Below, in pieces: positions 9,540 to 19,383 of a stretch of 64,000 nucleotides of DNA; within the stretch, counting starts at the first letter, position 1; the number at the start of each line of letters is the position of its first letter. Source of the DNA: Candidatus Brocadiia bacterium (GTDB taxonomy: Bacteria; Planctomycetota; Brocadiia; CAIUPP01); assembly GCA_050015075.1 (NCBI GenBank), contig JBEKCB010000005.1:128001-192000 (forward strand), read 5' to 3'. The notes below the pieces were generated by a model. That model was not told where the DNA came from and made no database searches. It saw only the letters and a list, made by a program, of their open reading frames with translations. A program made the position numbers and the translations under genes.

Positions 9540-10184
9540 TCATTGCAGGAGCGGGATCAGCAGCCGCAGATCGGCCCGCTCGACGACATGCTTCGCCCGC
9601 GCGGCGACCTCGGGCGACGAGGGCAGGAACGCAATGCTCAACCCGGCCCGCTCGAACATGCCGATGTCCGCCGGCCCGTCGCCGACGGCGACTACGCGCC
9701 GCGTCGGGATGCCCATATCGCCGGCGATCCTGGCGAGCATTGCACCTTTCTCGGCGAACGGCACCGCCAGTTCCAGTTCGCCGGTCAGCCGGCCGGCTTC
9801 GAGCCGTTCGCGGTTCGCCAGCACGCGCGCGATCCCGAACTCGCGCGCGAGACGCAGCCCGAGCCGTTCGAGGCCGTTGCTGACGATGGCGGTCGGAATC
9901 CCCCGGGCGGAGAGATGCGCCAGGAGTTCGCGGCAGCCTTCCATCAGCGGCACCTCTTCCACCGCGCGGTCGAGCAGCTCCACCGGCGCGCCCTTCCACG
10001 TCGCCGTGTCCAAGCGCGCGAACTCGTCGTAGCCCAGCGCGCCCGCCTTGTACTGTTCCCAGTACGGCAGCCCGTGCGAGGTCCACGTGCCGACCTTGCC
10101 GTGCATCAATTCCCAGACCGTCGGCGAGGCCGTCAGCGTGCCTTCCATGTCGAAGACGACCAGGTCAATCCCGTTTGCGCTCAT
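9540..10184 (-). CDS. HAD-IB phosphoserine-phosphatase-like hydrolase
   Basis: FDMEGTL, VSNG, K, and VGDGPAD motifs. Confidence 0.8.
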   Translation of the reverse strand: MSANGIDLVVFDMEGTLTASPTVWELMHGKVGTWTSHGLPYWEQYKAGALGYDEFARLDTATWKGAPVELLDRAVEEVPLMEGCRELLAHLSARGIPTAIVSNGLERLGLRLAREFGIARVLANRERLEAGRLTGELELAVPFAEKGAMLARIAGDMGIPTRRVVAVGDGPADIGMFERAGLSIAFLPSSPEVAARAKHVVERADLRLLIPLLQ

Positions 10185-10214
10185 CGGTCACCTTTGCCGC
10201 ACATTCGACGCGCC

Positions 10215-11312
10215 TCAGTGCGGGCCTGAGTCGGTCGAACGGCCCGCAGATTCGGAGTCGGTTCGGTCCGGCTGTTCAGCCTTCGGCGGTGCGCCGGCCG
10301 AACGGGCCGCCAGTTGCCCGCAGCCCGCCGCGATCTCGCGTCCGCGCCGGAAGCGGATCGTCACCGACGCGCCGTCCTCCTCGAGCCATTCGCGGAACTT
10401 CAGCGTCTCGCGGCTCGACGGCGAATCGAAGGCCGCGCCGCTGACCGCATTATACTCAATCAGGTTGACTTTTCCGTCCAGCCGCTGCGCGATGCGCGCG
10501 AGTTCCTTCGCGTGCGCGCGGGCGGTGTTCACGCCGCGCAGGAGCACGTACTCGACCGTCACGCGCTTGCCGGTCCGCGCCGCGTAGCCGTCGCAGGCTT
10601 CCAGGACGCGTTCGAGCGGATGCTGCCGCGCGATCGGCATCAGTTGCTCGCGCTGCTCCTGGAAAGGCGAATTGAGCGAGAGCGCCAGCCGCACGGTCAC
10701 CGGCGCGCACGACAGCGCCTCGATCCCGGGCACGATGCCGCACGTGGAGACGGTGATCTTGCGCGTGCCGAGCGCGAAACGCTCCGGATCGGCGAGCGCC
10801 TCGATGGCCTTGATCAGGTTCTCCAGGTTGAGCAGCGGTTCGCCCATGCCCATGAAGACGACGTTCGTCATGCGGCCGTCGCGGCGGGAGATTTCCACGG
10901 CCTGGAGCAGCATCTCGCCGACGGTCAGGTTCCGCGTGAAGCCGAGCGCGCCGGTCGCACAGAAGACGCAACCCATCGCGCAGCCGGCCTGGGTGGAGAG
11001 GCAAACGGAGTGGCGGCCTTCTTCGCGCATCGAGACGGCCTCGACCCGCGCGGCGTCGTCAAAGCGGAAAAGATATTTCGCCGTCTCGCCGTCGGCCGCG
11101 CGCGAGACGTTCTCGACCTCGCCGGCGCCGACGCGCGACTCCCGGGCCAGCGCCTGCCGGAAGTCGGCGGAGAGGTTCGTCATGCGCGCGAAGTCGCGCT
11201 CGTATTTCTCGAAAATCCACGACCGCAACTGGCGCGCGCGATACGGCTTCTGGCCGATCTTCGCCACAAAGTCGTTCAGGGCGTCCGGCGAAAGGCTGAG
11301 GAGATCCAACAT
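10215..11312 (-). CDS. rlmN: 23S rRNA (A2503-C2)/tRNA methyltransferase RlmN
   Basis: CLSTQAGCAMGCVFCATG, MGMGEP, and IAAGCGQL. Confidence 0.93.
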   Translation of the reverse strand: MLDLLSLSPDALNDFVAKIGQKPYRARQLRSWIFEKYERDFARMTNLSADFRQALARESRVGAGEVENVSRAADGETAKYLFRFDDAARVEAVSMREEGRHSVCLSTQAGCAMGCVFCATGALGFTRNLTVGEMLLQAVEISRRDGRMTNVVFMGMGEPLLNLENLIKAIEALADPERFALGTRKITVSTCGIVPGIEALSCAPVTVRLALSLNSPFQEQREQLMPIARQHPLERVLEACDGYAARTGKRVTVEYVLLRGVNTARAHAKELARIAQRLDGKVNLIEYNAVSGAAFDSPSSRETLKFREWLEEDGASVTIRFRRGREIAAGCGQLAARSAGAPPKAEQPDRTDSESAGRSTDSGPH

Positions 11313-11372
11313 TGCCGATTTCCGATTGCTGATTTGTCCGCCGTAGCCTTGGCGGAGGCGGATTGCCGAATG
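11311..11372. repeat. 7-mer tandem tract containing a palindromic element (copy 1)
   Basis: ATTGCCG-type units flank TCCGCCGTAGCCTTGGCGGAGGCGGA. A near-identical inverted copy is at 54050-54111. Confidence 0.75.
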
Positions 11373-11379
11373 AACGAAA

Positions 11380-12015
11380 TCAGAAGTCCTTGCTGGTGTG
11401 GTCCATCAAATCCCGAAGGTGGCGCGTGTCGTTTTCGACGGCGACGCGCAGCGTTCCGTTTCCGTATTCGAGCACCGAGATGGCGCCGGTATCGAGGCGG
11501 ACTTCCCAGAAGTGGGAGTTGTCCAGCCCTTTCGCTTCGCAAAGCAGGAGCTTGAGCACCACGCGATGCGAGACGAGCGCGATGGTGCCTTCCGGATTCT
11601 GCCGCGCCAGTTCCGTCAGCCGCGGCGCGGCGCGGCGGCGGACGTCGTCGAGCGACTCGCCGCCGGGAAATTTCACCAGGTGCGGCGACTCTTTCCACTG
11701 GCGGTACTGGTCGCCGAATTTCGCGCGCGCCTCGGTATCCCAGTATTCCGTCCATTCTCCGTAATCCAGGTCCGTGAGGGCCTCGTCCACGATCACCGCG
11801 AGGCCGCGGCCGGCGGCGACCGCCTCGGCCGTCTCGCGGGCGCGCGAGAGCGGGCTGGAGTAGATGGCGGCCAGGGGAACCTGGCGCAGCGCGCGCGCCG
11901 CACAAGCCGCTTCGAGACGGCCCTGCTCGTTGAGGGGAATGTCCCTGCGGCCGCGGAAAATCTTCGCCTTGTTCCACGCCGTTTCGCCGTGCCGCACGAG
12001 ATAAATCTGGCCCAA
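11380..12015 (-). CDS. Histidine phosphatase family (phosphoglycerate mutase/CobC-like)
   Basis: LVRHGET.WN, SSPLSRA.ETA, GGES, and LVSH. TTG start after GGGAGG. Confidence 0.88.
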   Translation of the reverse strand: MGQIYLVRHGETAWNKAKIFRGRRDIPLNEQGRLEAACAARALRQVPLAAIYSSPLSRARETAEAVAAGRGLAVIVDEALTDLDYGEWTEYWDTEARAKFGDQYRQWKESPHLVKFPGGESLDDVRRRAAPRLTELARQNPEGTIALVSHRVVLKLLLCEAKGLDNSHFWEVRLDTGAISVLEYGNGTLRVAVENDTRHLRDLMDHTSKDF

Positions 12016-12143
12016 TGCCGCCTCCCGCTGACTGGCGCCGCGCGGCGGAGAGCCGCTGCTTCGCAGAGCCGCATCGGATATTTCCATATTACCGGAACGG
12101 ACGCGAAGCCGCAATGGAGCGCGGGGGCGATGGGACGGAGGCG

Positions 12144-13736
12144 TTACAGGAAGGCGCGCCAGTCCAGGTCCGGGAAAACGGGATTCATGGCGCGGAGTCT
12201 TTCGACGTACTTGCGGTCCACGTTGCCGGAGCGGACCATCTCGTAAAGTCGGGTGAAACTATGGAGGTGGTTGCGCGTGCGCTTTTCGGCGTAGGGCGCG
12301 GCGCCGCCGGTGGCCATGAGGAACGCCCAGTCGCTGCTCTGGGCGAGGAGCAGCTCGCGCGCCGCCTGCTGCAGGGCCGCCTGGACCGCCGCGGCAGGCT
12401 TCTTCTTGCCGGCCGCGCGGCCGGCCAGCTCCGCCATCCGCTCCTCGGCCTTGTGCAGGTGGCGATAGATCCAGTCGTTCGCGCCGTTGAGCCACACCTC
12501 GAAGTATCCCTTCTCGCCCCACGAGGAACTGCTCGGCGTCGAGATCTGCTCCGGCGGATGCTGATCGAGATACTCGGAGAGCGTCGAGACCACGTAGTCG
12601 TCGCGCACGCACTGCGAGGCGCGGAAGACCTCTTCGAGGAATTCCGGCCCTTCGTACCACCAGTGGCCGAACAGCTCCGCGTCGTAGGGCGCGACCACGA
12701 CCGGCGGGACCGAGAGTTTCGATTTGAGGAACCGCAACTGGTGCTGGCGGCAGAACACGAAATGCCCGCCATGCTCCACGGCTTTCCGCACCGCCGCCGC
12801 GCGGTCGTACAACTGCTTCTCATGAAGCGCGACGCGGCCCGTGACGCGATAATACTTCAACCCCAGGTTCCGCCGGACACCGTCGTCGTGCAGGTACGGT
12901 TCGATATAGTCGTAGCTGGCGTCGTAACCCAGGTCGCGGTAGAACTCGCGGTAGGCGCCGTCGCCGGGATAGCCTTCCTCGGAACTCCAGACCTGCTTGG
13001 AGGATTCGAGGTCGCGCCCGAACGCCGCTACGCCGGAGGGACACACGACCGGCGCATGGACGCCGTGCGGCGAGGTGGGGAAGGCATTCAGGATCCCGTG
13101 CGCGTCCACGAGAAAATAGCGGATTCCCGCCTCGGCCAGCGCGCGGTCCATGCCGGGCCGATAGGCGCACTCCGGCAGCCAGAAGCCTTTCGGCCGGCGG
13201 CCGAGATGGCGCGTGACGGTCTCGACGCCGATCTCCACCTGCGCGCGGACGGCGTTCGGAGTGAGCATCAGCGGCAGGAACCCGTGCGTCGCGGCGCAGG
13301 CGAGCACCTCCAGGTTCCCGGCGTCCTGAATCTCCTTGAACGCGGGCACTAGGTTGCCGTCGTGCCTGCGGAAGAGGAAGTCGCGCACCAGCCGGAAGCG
13401 TTCGAGATAGTGAAGCGCCACTGCGCGCTCGCCGGTCGAACGCCCCCGGTGCCGCGCTTCCTCCTGCGCCAGCTTGATCCGCCGGTCCAGGTATTGCCGG
13501 CATCGCTGCTTGAGGAGCGGGTTGGCGAACATCTCCAGCAGCGTGGGAGTCAGCGTCATCGTCACGCGGAAGGGCACGCCCTCGTCGCTGAGCCGGTTCC
13601 AGGCCAGCAGGATCGGGACGTACGTCTCCGTGACCGCCTCGAAAAACCATTCCTCTTCGAGGAACGTCTCGTGCTCGGGATGGTGGATGAACGGCAGGTG
13701 CGCGTGCAGCACGATCGCCAGATGCGCGTCGGACAT
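12144..13736 (-). CDS. GH57 glycogen branching enzyme (DUF1957)
   Basis: LHAHLPF, ETYVP, WLPECAY, DAELFGHWWYEG, and AQSSDWAF. Confidence 0.93.
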   Translation of the reverse strand: MSDAHLAIVLHAHLPFIHHPEHETFLEEEWFFEAVTETYVPILLAWNRLSDEGVPFRVTMTLTPTLLEMFANPLLKQRCRQYLDRRIKLAQEEARHRGRSTGERAVALHYLERFRLVRDFLFRRHDGNLVPAFKEIQDAGNLEVLACAATHGFLPLMLTPNAVRAQVEIGVETVTRHLGRRPKGFWLPECAYRPGMDRALAEAGIRYFLVDAHGILNAFPTSPHGVHAPVVCPSGVAAFGRDLESSKQVWSSEEGYPGDGAYREFYRDLGYDASYDYIEPYLHDDGVRRNLGLKYYRVTGRVALHEKQLYDRAAAVRKAVEHGGHFVFCRQHQLRFLKSKLSVPPVVVAPYDAELFGHWWYEGPEFLEEVFRASQCVRDDYVVSTLSEYLDQHPPEQISTPSSSSWGEKGYFEVWLNGANDWIYRHLHKAEERMAELAGRAAGKKKPAAAVQAALQQAARELLLAQSSDWAFLMATGGAAPYAEKRTRNHLHSFTRLYEMVRSGNVDRKYVERLRAMNPVFPDLDWRAFL

Positions 13737-13745
13737 CGTCCGGCC

Positions 13746-14366
13746 TCACTTGCCGCCGGCGTAGGCGGCGGCGAAGACTTTCTCCCAGGGCACGGGGATC
13801 GGCGTCGGCGGCGGACCGGCCGGCCGATCCGGCCCCGGCGCCTCCACGGCGAGGGGCGCTCGCCGCGCCGGTTTCGTTGCGCCTTCCGCAGGACGCATTC
13901 TGAGCGTTCCGCGCGCGGTCCTCACGGCCGCACCGGCCTGTCTCGAAATCGGATGGCGCGCCGCCTGGACAATCTCCGCCGGGACATATTCGCCGCTCTC
14001 GCCGGCCCATCGGATCGGCGTGGTCACCTCCTCGGAAGCCGCGAGCCGGCGGAGCCGCGCGCCGCGTTTTTCGAAAAGCTCGAAGCGGCAGGTGCGGTTC
14101 GGCGCCACAAGCAGATACCAGTTGTCCGCATCGGCGGGCGGCTCCAGGTCGTACGCGCGCTTCGCCGTCAAGTCGTAGACGCGGACCATCCGCGGATTGC
14201 CGGCCACGCGCACTTCGGTCTCGACGTCCCAGTAGAGGTAGATCTGCTCGGGAGAGCGGACGAGCGCGACGATGCGGTTCTCGGCGTTGGACCGCGGGAG
14301 CGGCTCGCCGCGGTCAATATACGGCGGACGCGGGGACGCTCTCTTCGCTCGAGTTCCCTTGGCCAT
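13746..14366 (-). CDS. DUF4912-domain protein
   Basis: LP....ENRIVALVRSPEQIYLYWD, RVYDLT and NWYL motifs; sits next to GH57 as usual. Confidence 0.7.
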   Translation of the reverse strand: MAKGTRAKRASPRPPYIDRGEPLPRSNAENRIVALVRSPEQIYLYWDVETEVRVAGNPRMVRVYDLTAKRAYDLEPPADADNWYLLVAPNRTCRFELFEKRGARLRRLAASEEVTTPIRWAGESGEYVPAEIVQAARHPISRQAGAAVRTARGTLRMRPAEGATKPARRAPLAVEAPGPDRPAGPPPTPIPVPWEKVFAAAYAGGK

Positions 14367-14392
14367 CGGCGGTGTTCAGCCCTTCGCCAGCG

Positions 14393-15625
14393 TCAGGCGC
14401 GCCAGAATTCCTCGCCCCGCGGCACGCCTTTCGGAATCACGACGATCCCGCTGTCGGTCACGGTGAATTTTTTCCGGTCGGCCGCCAGGTCCGACCCGAC
14501 GCGGGCATGCGGCGGAATGACGACGCCCTTGTCCACAATGGCCCGCCGCACGTGGGCGTACGGGCCGACGACGACGTCGTCCATGAGGATGGATTCCTCG
14601 ACGTGGGCCTGCGCCTCGACGCGAACTCCCGGCGAGAGCACCGACCGCGCGACGTTGCCGCCGGCGATGATGCAGCCCTGCGAGACGATGGAATCCACGG
14701 CCGTTCCCCGCCGCCCGCCGGCCTCGTCGAACACGAACTTCGCCGGCGGCTGCTGCTTGAGGTTGGTGCGGATCGGCCAGTCGGTGTCGTAGAGATTGAA
14801 GAGCGGGTCCACCGCGACGAGGTCCATGTTCGCCTGGTAATAGGCGTCGAGCGTGCCGATGTCGCGCCAGTACTTGATCGCCTTGCGGTTCTCGTCGCGG
14901 AAGAGATAGGCATAGGTCGGCCGCTCGCGCATGACGCGCGGGAGGATGTCGCGGCCGAAATCGTGGGTGGAATCGCGCTTGGCGTCCTCGGTGACGAGTT
15001 GGACGAGCGCGTGGGTGGTAAAGGCGTAGATGCCCATGCTCGCCAGGCAGAGGTCCGGCCGGCCGGGCAGCGGCTTGGGGTTCGCCGGCTTCTCTTCGAA
15101 GCCGACGGTGCGCATTGTTTCGTCCACCGTCATCACGCCGAAACGCGGCCCTTCGGCGATGGGCACCTCGACGCACGCCACGGTGATGTCCGCCCGCGTG
15201 GCCTGGTGCTGGCTGAGCATCCGCAGGTAGTCCATCTTGTAGATGTGGTCGCCGGCGAGGATCAGGACGTACTCCGGGCGCTCCTGTTCGAGCGTGTAGA
15301 TGTTCTGGAAGATCGCGTCGGCGGTGCCCAGGTACCAGCGCTCGCCGATGCGCTGCTGCGGCGGCATGGGCACGATGAACTCGCCGATCTCCTCGTCGAA
15401 GCGCGTCCACGCCAGCCGAAGGTGGCGGTCGAGCGAGAAGGACTTGTACTGCGTCAGGACGTAGACGCGGCGCAGGCCGCTGTTGACGCAGTTGCTCAGG
15501 GTGAAGTCAATAATGCGATAGCAGCCGCCGAACGGGACCGCGGGCTTGGCGCGGTCGCGCGTGAGCGGATACAGGCGCTCGCCCTGCCCGCCGCCCAGGA
15601 CGATGACCAGCGTTTGTCTCGTCAC
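14393..15625 (-). CDS. glgC: Glucose-1-phosphate adenylyltransferase
   Basis: GGGQGERLYPLTRDRAKPAVPFGG, GTADAI, EKP, SMGIY, and DFGRD. Confidence 0.96.
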   Translation of the reverse strand: MTRQTLVIVLGGGQGERLYPLTRDRAKPAVPFGGCYRIIDFTLSNCVNSGLRRVYVLTQYKSFSLDRHLRLAWTRFDEEIGEFIVPMPPQQRIGERWYLGTADAIFQNIYTLEQERPEYVLILAGDHIYKMDYLRMLSQHQATRADITVACVEVPIAEGPRFGVMTVDETMRTVGFEEKPANPKPLPGRPDLCLASMGIYAFTTHALVQLVTEDAKRDSTHDFGRDILPRVMRERPTYAYLFRDENRKAIKYWRDIGTLDAYYQANMDLVAVDPLFNLYDTDWPIRTNLKQQPPAKFVFDEAGGRRGTAVDSIVSQGCIIAGGNVARSVLSPGVRVEAQAHVEESILMDDVVVGPYAHVRRAIVDKGVVIPPHARVGSDLAADRKKFTVTDSGIVVIPKGVPRGEEFWRA

Positions 15626-15635
15626 GATGCGCTCC

Positions 15636-16019
15636 TCACGCTCCGGCCGGGGCGGCCGGGCGACTGCGCGATTCCAACACCCTCTTGATCGTGTCCTTGA
15701 GTTCCGTCAGGTCGGAGGACTTCACGACGTAGGCGTCGGCCGACCAGGAGCGGAAACTTTCCCGGTAGGTCGCGTAAGCCGTATTCAGGATGATCGGCAG
15801 CTTGTGGTCCTTGGCGAGCATGCGGCTCATCGCCTCGATGCCGTCAATCCCGGGCATGCTGACATCCATCACCACCAGGTCCGGCCGGGCCTTCTCGACC
15901 ACCTCGAGGGCCTCGCGGCCGTCATGCGCGGTGATGACGTCGTAGCCGGCGCTGCGGATTTCATTCGCGTAGAGCAGGCACTGGTTCGGGTCGTCTTCCA
16001 CGACCAGGATGGTCGTCAA
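15636..16019 (-). CDS. Single-domain response regulator
   Basis: TTG start after AGGAG. ILVVEDD, DLVVMDVSMPGIDG, and YVVKSSDL. Confidence 0.88.
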   Translation of the reverse strand: MTTILVVEDDPNQCLLYANEIRSAGYDVITAHDGREALEVVEKARPDLVVMDVSMPGIDGIEAMSRMLAKDHKLPIILNTAYATYRESFRSWSADAYVVKSSDLTELKDTIKRVLESRSRPAAPAGA

Positions 16020-16038
16020 CGGGAGATCTCCTTTCGCG

Positions 16039-17079
16039 TCAACTCGACGCCGCGACTCTGCCGCCGGAGGCCGAACGTCCGAGCTTGCTGGCCTCGCGGA
16101 GGAAGGCCGCGGCGCTCTCCGGAAGCACCGGGTTGATATAACATCCGGTCCCCCATTCGAAACCGGCGATCTTCGTGATGCACGGGATGATCTCGATGTG
16201 CCAGTGGAAGTAATCGGCGGATTTTTCGCCGAGCGGCGAGGTGTGGATGAGATAGTTGTACGCGGGCGTCTCGAGGGCCTGGTCGAGCCGGTTGAGCACG
16301 GTGCGCAGCGCCGAGGCGATGTCGCCGAGCGCCTCGGCCGGGTGGTCCTCGAAGTGCGGCACGTGCCGCGTCGGCAGGAGCCACGTCTCGAACGGGAACC
16401 GCGAGGCATAGGGCGCGATCGCGATGCAGTGCCGGCCGACGTGGATGACGCGCTCGCCCTTGGCGACCTCGCGGTCAATCATGTTGCAGAAAAGGCACGC
16501 GCCGGCCGCCTCGTTGAATTGCCGCGCGTGGCGCACCTCGGTGCGGACGGTCTCCGGCACCACCGGCATGCCGATCATCTGCGAATGCGAATGCTCCACC
16601 GTGGCGCCGGCCGCCGAGCCGACGTTCTTGAAAATCATGCCGTACAGGAACCGGCTGTCCTGCCGCACGCTCGCGAGGCGCTGCTGGTAGATGCGCAGCA
16701 CGTCCGTGACGCCCGCGTCGTCCATCTCGTTGAGCGACAGGATGTGCCGCTGGCTTTCGATGATGACTTCGTGGATGCCGAATCCGGTCATGCCCCGGCA
16801 GGCCGCGTCGCCGACGATCTCGATCGGCGCGTCGGGCCGCAGCGCGGGGAACCGGTTCGGGACGACGCGCACCCGCCAGCCCGGACGGTTCGCCTGCTGC
16901 GGATCGCTGCGCATCGCGGCGACCTCCGGCGGCGTCTTGTCCTCGTGCCCTTCGCAGAAGGGGCAGAACCCGCCCACGCTGTAACGCCGTTCGACAGGAA
17001 AGTCCGTCGGCCGCGCCGCCCGCTCGGGGGCGATGATGACCCATCGGCCGGAAACGCGGTCTCTTCGGAACTCTGACAT
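16039..17079 (-). CDS. galT: Galactose-1-phosphate uridylyltransferase family
   Basis: RAARP, CPFCEG, VPNRFP, AGATVEHSHSQ, and FEWGTG. Confidence 0.92.
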   Translation of the reverse strand: MSEFRRDRVSGRWVIIAPERAARPTDFPVERRYSVGGFCPFCEGHEDKTPPEVAAMRSDPQQANRPGWRVRVVPNRFPALRPDAPIEIVGDAACRGMTGFGIHEVIIESQRHILSLNEMDDAGVTDVLRIYQQRLASVRQDSRFLYGMIFKNVGSAAGATVEHSHSQMIGMPVVPETVRTEVRHARQFNEAAGACLFCNMIDREVAKGERVIHVGRHCIAIAPYASRFPFETWLLPTRHVPHFEDHPAEALGDIASALRTVLNRLDQALETPAYNYLIHTSPLGEKSADYFHWHIEIIPCITKIAGFEWGTGCYINPVLPESAAAFLREASKLGRSASGGRVAASS

Positions 17080-17142
17080 GGTGGTGCGAGCCTGCCCGAA
17101 AACCCCTTCTGCCGCATGATCGTGCCGGCATGCACGCCTGCC

Positions 17143-18159
17143 CTATCTTACAGATTCTCGCCGCCGAGTCAACCCTCTCCGGCGCTCCGGCATCTGGCGC
17201 AGCGTCACCGTCGAGGGATGGAAAATGCGCGTCACGCCCTCGTCGAGCCGGACGATCAAGCCGTCCTCCAGCGAAAGGTCGAGCACGCGGCCCCGGAACT
17301 CGCGGCCGCTTTCGAGCAGCAGCACCCGCTCGCCCAGCGTCGAGGAAATCCGCCGCCAGCGCCGGGCGATGTGGCCGTACTCGCCCAGGCGCAGGTCGCC
17401 GTACCAGCGGTCCAGCGACGCCAGCAGCACGCGGGCCAGGTCGTTGCGCTCCGGCGGCGTTCCCGTTTCGGCCGCCAGCGAGGTCGCCATCTCGCGGATC
17501 TCCGGCGGGAATTCCCTCGCGCGCACGCGCACGTTCACGCCGATGCCCAGCACGAACGCCGACCCGGTCGCCAGCGAGCGCCCTTCCACGAGAAGGCCCG
17601 CCACTTTCCGGTCGCGGACGGTGATGTCGTTCGGCCACCGGATGCGCGCGGGGAGCCCCAGCCGTTCCTGCAGCGCCTCCGCGACCGCCACGGCCGAAAC
17701 GATGGTGAGCAGGTGGCTTTGCCGCACTTCGAGTTCCGGCCGCAGCACAATGGAGAAGAGCAGGCCCGACCGCGGCGGAGAAAACCACCGCCGGCCCATT
17801 CGGCCGCGGCCGGCGGTCTGTTCCTCGGCGAAGATCGCCGTGCCTTCGGGAGCGCCCGAAAGCGCCTCCTGCCAGGCGGCGTCGTTCGTCGAGGCGACGC
17901 GCTCGAGCACCGTCACCTGCCGGCCGATGACCTTCGTCTTGAGACCGCGCGTGATCTCGTGCGCAATCAACCGGCCGCCGCAACCGGCGAACCGGATCTT
18001 GCCGCCGCGCCGCCGACCGATGACGTAGCCGTCCGCGCGCAGTTCCTCCACGGCGCGCTCCACCTCGGCCGGTTCGCCCAGCGTCTCCGCGGCGAGGTCC
18101 GCCGGGGCGGTCCATTCGCCGGTCCGCTTCCGCAGCGCCTCGCATACAGCCCACTTCAC
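17143..18159 (-). CDS. birA: Bifunctional biotin ligase/repressor
   Basis: N-terminal HTH, STND, EEQTAGRGRMGR, RWPND, and KVAGLL. Confidence 0.92.
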   Translation of the reverse strand: MKWAVCEALRKRTGEWTAPADLAAETLGEPAEVERAVEELRADGYVIGRRRGGKIRFAGCGGRLIAHEITRGLKTKVIGRQVTVLERVASTNDAAWQEALSGAPEGTAIFAEEQTAGRGRMGRRWFSPPRSGLLFSIVLRPELEVRQSHLLTIVSAVAVAEALQERLGLPARIRWPNDITVRDRKVAGLLVEGRSLATGSAFVLGIGVNVRVRAREFPPEIREMATSLAAETGTPPERNDLARVLLASLDRWYGDLRLGEYGHIARRWRRISSTLGERVLLLESGREFRGRVLDLSLEDGLIVRLDEGVTRIFHPSTVTLRQMPERRRGLTRRRESVR

Positions 18160-18205
18160 GGCGCGCGTCCCCTTTCCGATCGCGGCGAGTGTTTCCGCGC
18201 GGCCG

Positions 18206-19213
18206 TCACATTCCCGGCGCCCACAGGTACAGGAACGTCGGTCCGCGGCGCAGCAGCAGCATGTTCAGTCCTTCTTCGAGCAGCAGCCCCGTGCCCGCCT
18301 GGGCGTAAATGTTCGAGTTGTAACTGGCGGTAGAGCGGTAGAGGATCACGTCGGCGGACTCGATCTTCGCCAGGCCGCACGCCGCCTGGATGGCGTCGCG
18401 CAGATAACCGACGCGGTCCACCAGGCGCAACTGGAGCGCCTCCTGCGCGCCCATGACGCGGCCGTCGGAAACGATCTTCAACTGCTGCTCGTCCATCGCC
18501 GGACGCCGCTCGCGCACCTTGGCCAGGAACTGGTCGAAGAGCGCGCGGTTAAGCCCTTGAAGGATTTCGCGTTCCTCCGGCGTCATCGGGCGCGTGGGCG
18601 AACCGATGTCCTTCTTCTCGCCGGACTTGATGACCACCGGCTCGAGGCCGAGCTTGCCGTACAGCTTCTCCATATTGATGAGGTCCATGATGACGCCGAC
18701 CGAACCGGTGATGGTGGTCGGCGAGGCCACGATGCAGTCGGCCGAAAGCGCGGTGTAATAGCCGCCGGAAGCCGCGGTGCCCATGAGCGCGGCGACGACC
18801 GGCTTGCCGCTGGTCTCCTTGAAACGCAGCACTTCCTGGTAGATCGTGTCGCTGGCGGAAGCCTCGCCGCCGGGGCTGTTGATCCGCAGCACGATGGCGC
18901 GCACGCGGGAGTCCGCCGCCGCCAGTTGAAGTTTCTGCTGCACGTCGGCGACGCTCGTGCCGCCGAGCAGCGTCCAGAAGCCCGCTTCCGAGGCGATGAA
19001 TCCGCTGACCTCGATCAGCGCGATGCGGTTCGTCTCCGTCCAGTGCCCGGACTTCTCCACGATGACGCGTTCGAGTCCCTCCTGCGGGAACGGGCCGACG
19101 TTGATGCACCCGGCGAGCGCGAGCGCCAGCAACGCGCCCGCCGCGCCGGCGCGCGCCGATTTCCACAGCGACACTCTTCGCACCCTTCGTTGTTCCATGA
19201 TCTTCCCTTTCAT
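18206..19213 (-). CDS. sppA: Signal peptide peptidase SppA (lipoprotein)
   Basis: LAGC lipobox, RINSPGG, AASGGYY, TGSVGV, and KSGEKKD. Confidence 0.92.
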   Translation of the reverse strand: MKGKIMEQRRVRRVSLWKSARAGAAGALLALALAGCINVGPFPQEGLERVIVEKSGHWTETNRIALIEVSGFIASEAGFWTLLGGTSVADVQQKLQLAAADSRVRAIVLRINSPGGEASASDTIYQEVLRFKETSGKPVVAALMGTAASGGYYTALSADCIVASPTTITGSVGVIMDLINMEKLYGKLGLEPVVIKSGEKKDIGSPTRPMTPEEREILQGLNRALFDQFLAKVRERRPAMDEQQLKIVSDGRVMGAQEALQLRLVDRVGYLRDAIQAACGLAKIESADVILYRSTASYNSNIYAQAGTGLLLEEGLNMLLLRRGPTFLYLWAPGM

Positions 19214-19383
19214 CGGAGATCTGCGTTCGGACCGGATTTCTCGGAACGGTCGAGTCGTTTCCCATAGACTGGCAAAAAACCGCCGCCGGCGCAAGCGCCC
19301 TTCCATCGCTGAACCCTGCGCGAAAGCCATTTTACATTTCCGTGCGGAGATTTTACATTGATTCCCGGCATGGAGGGTGTCGC

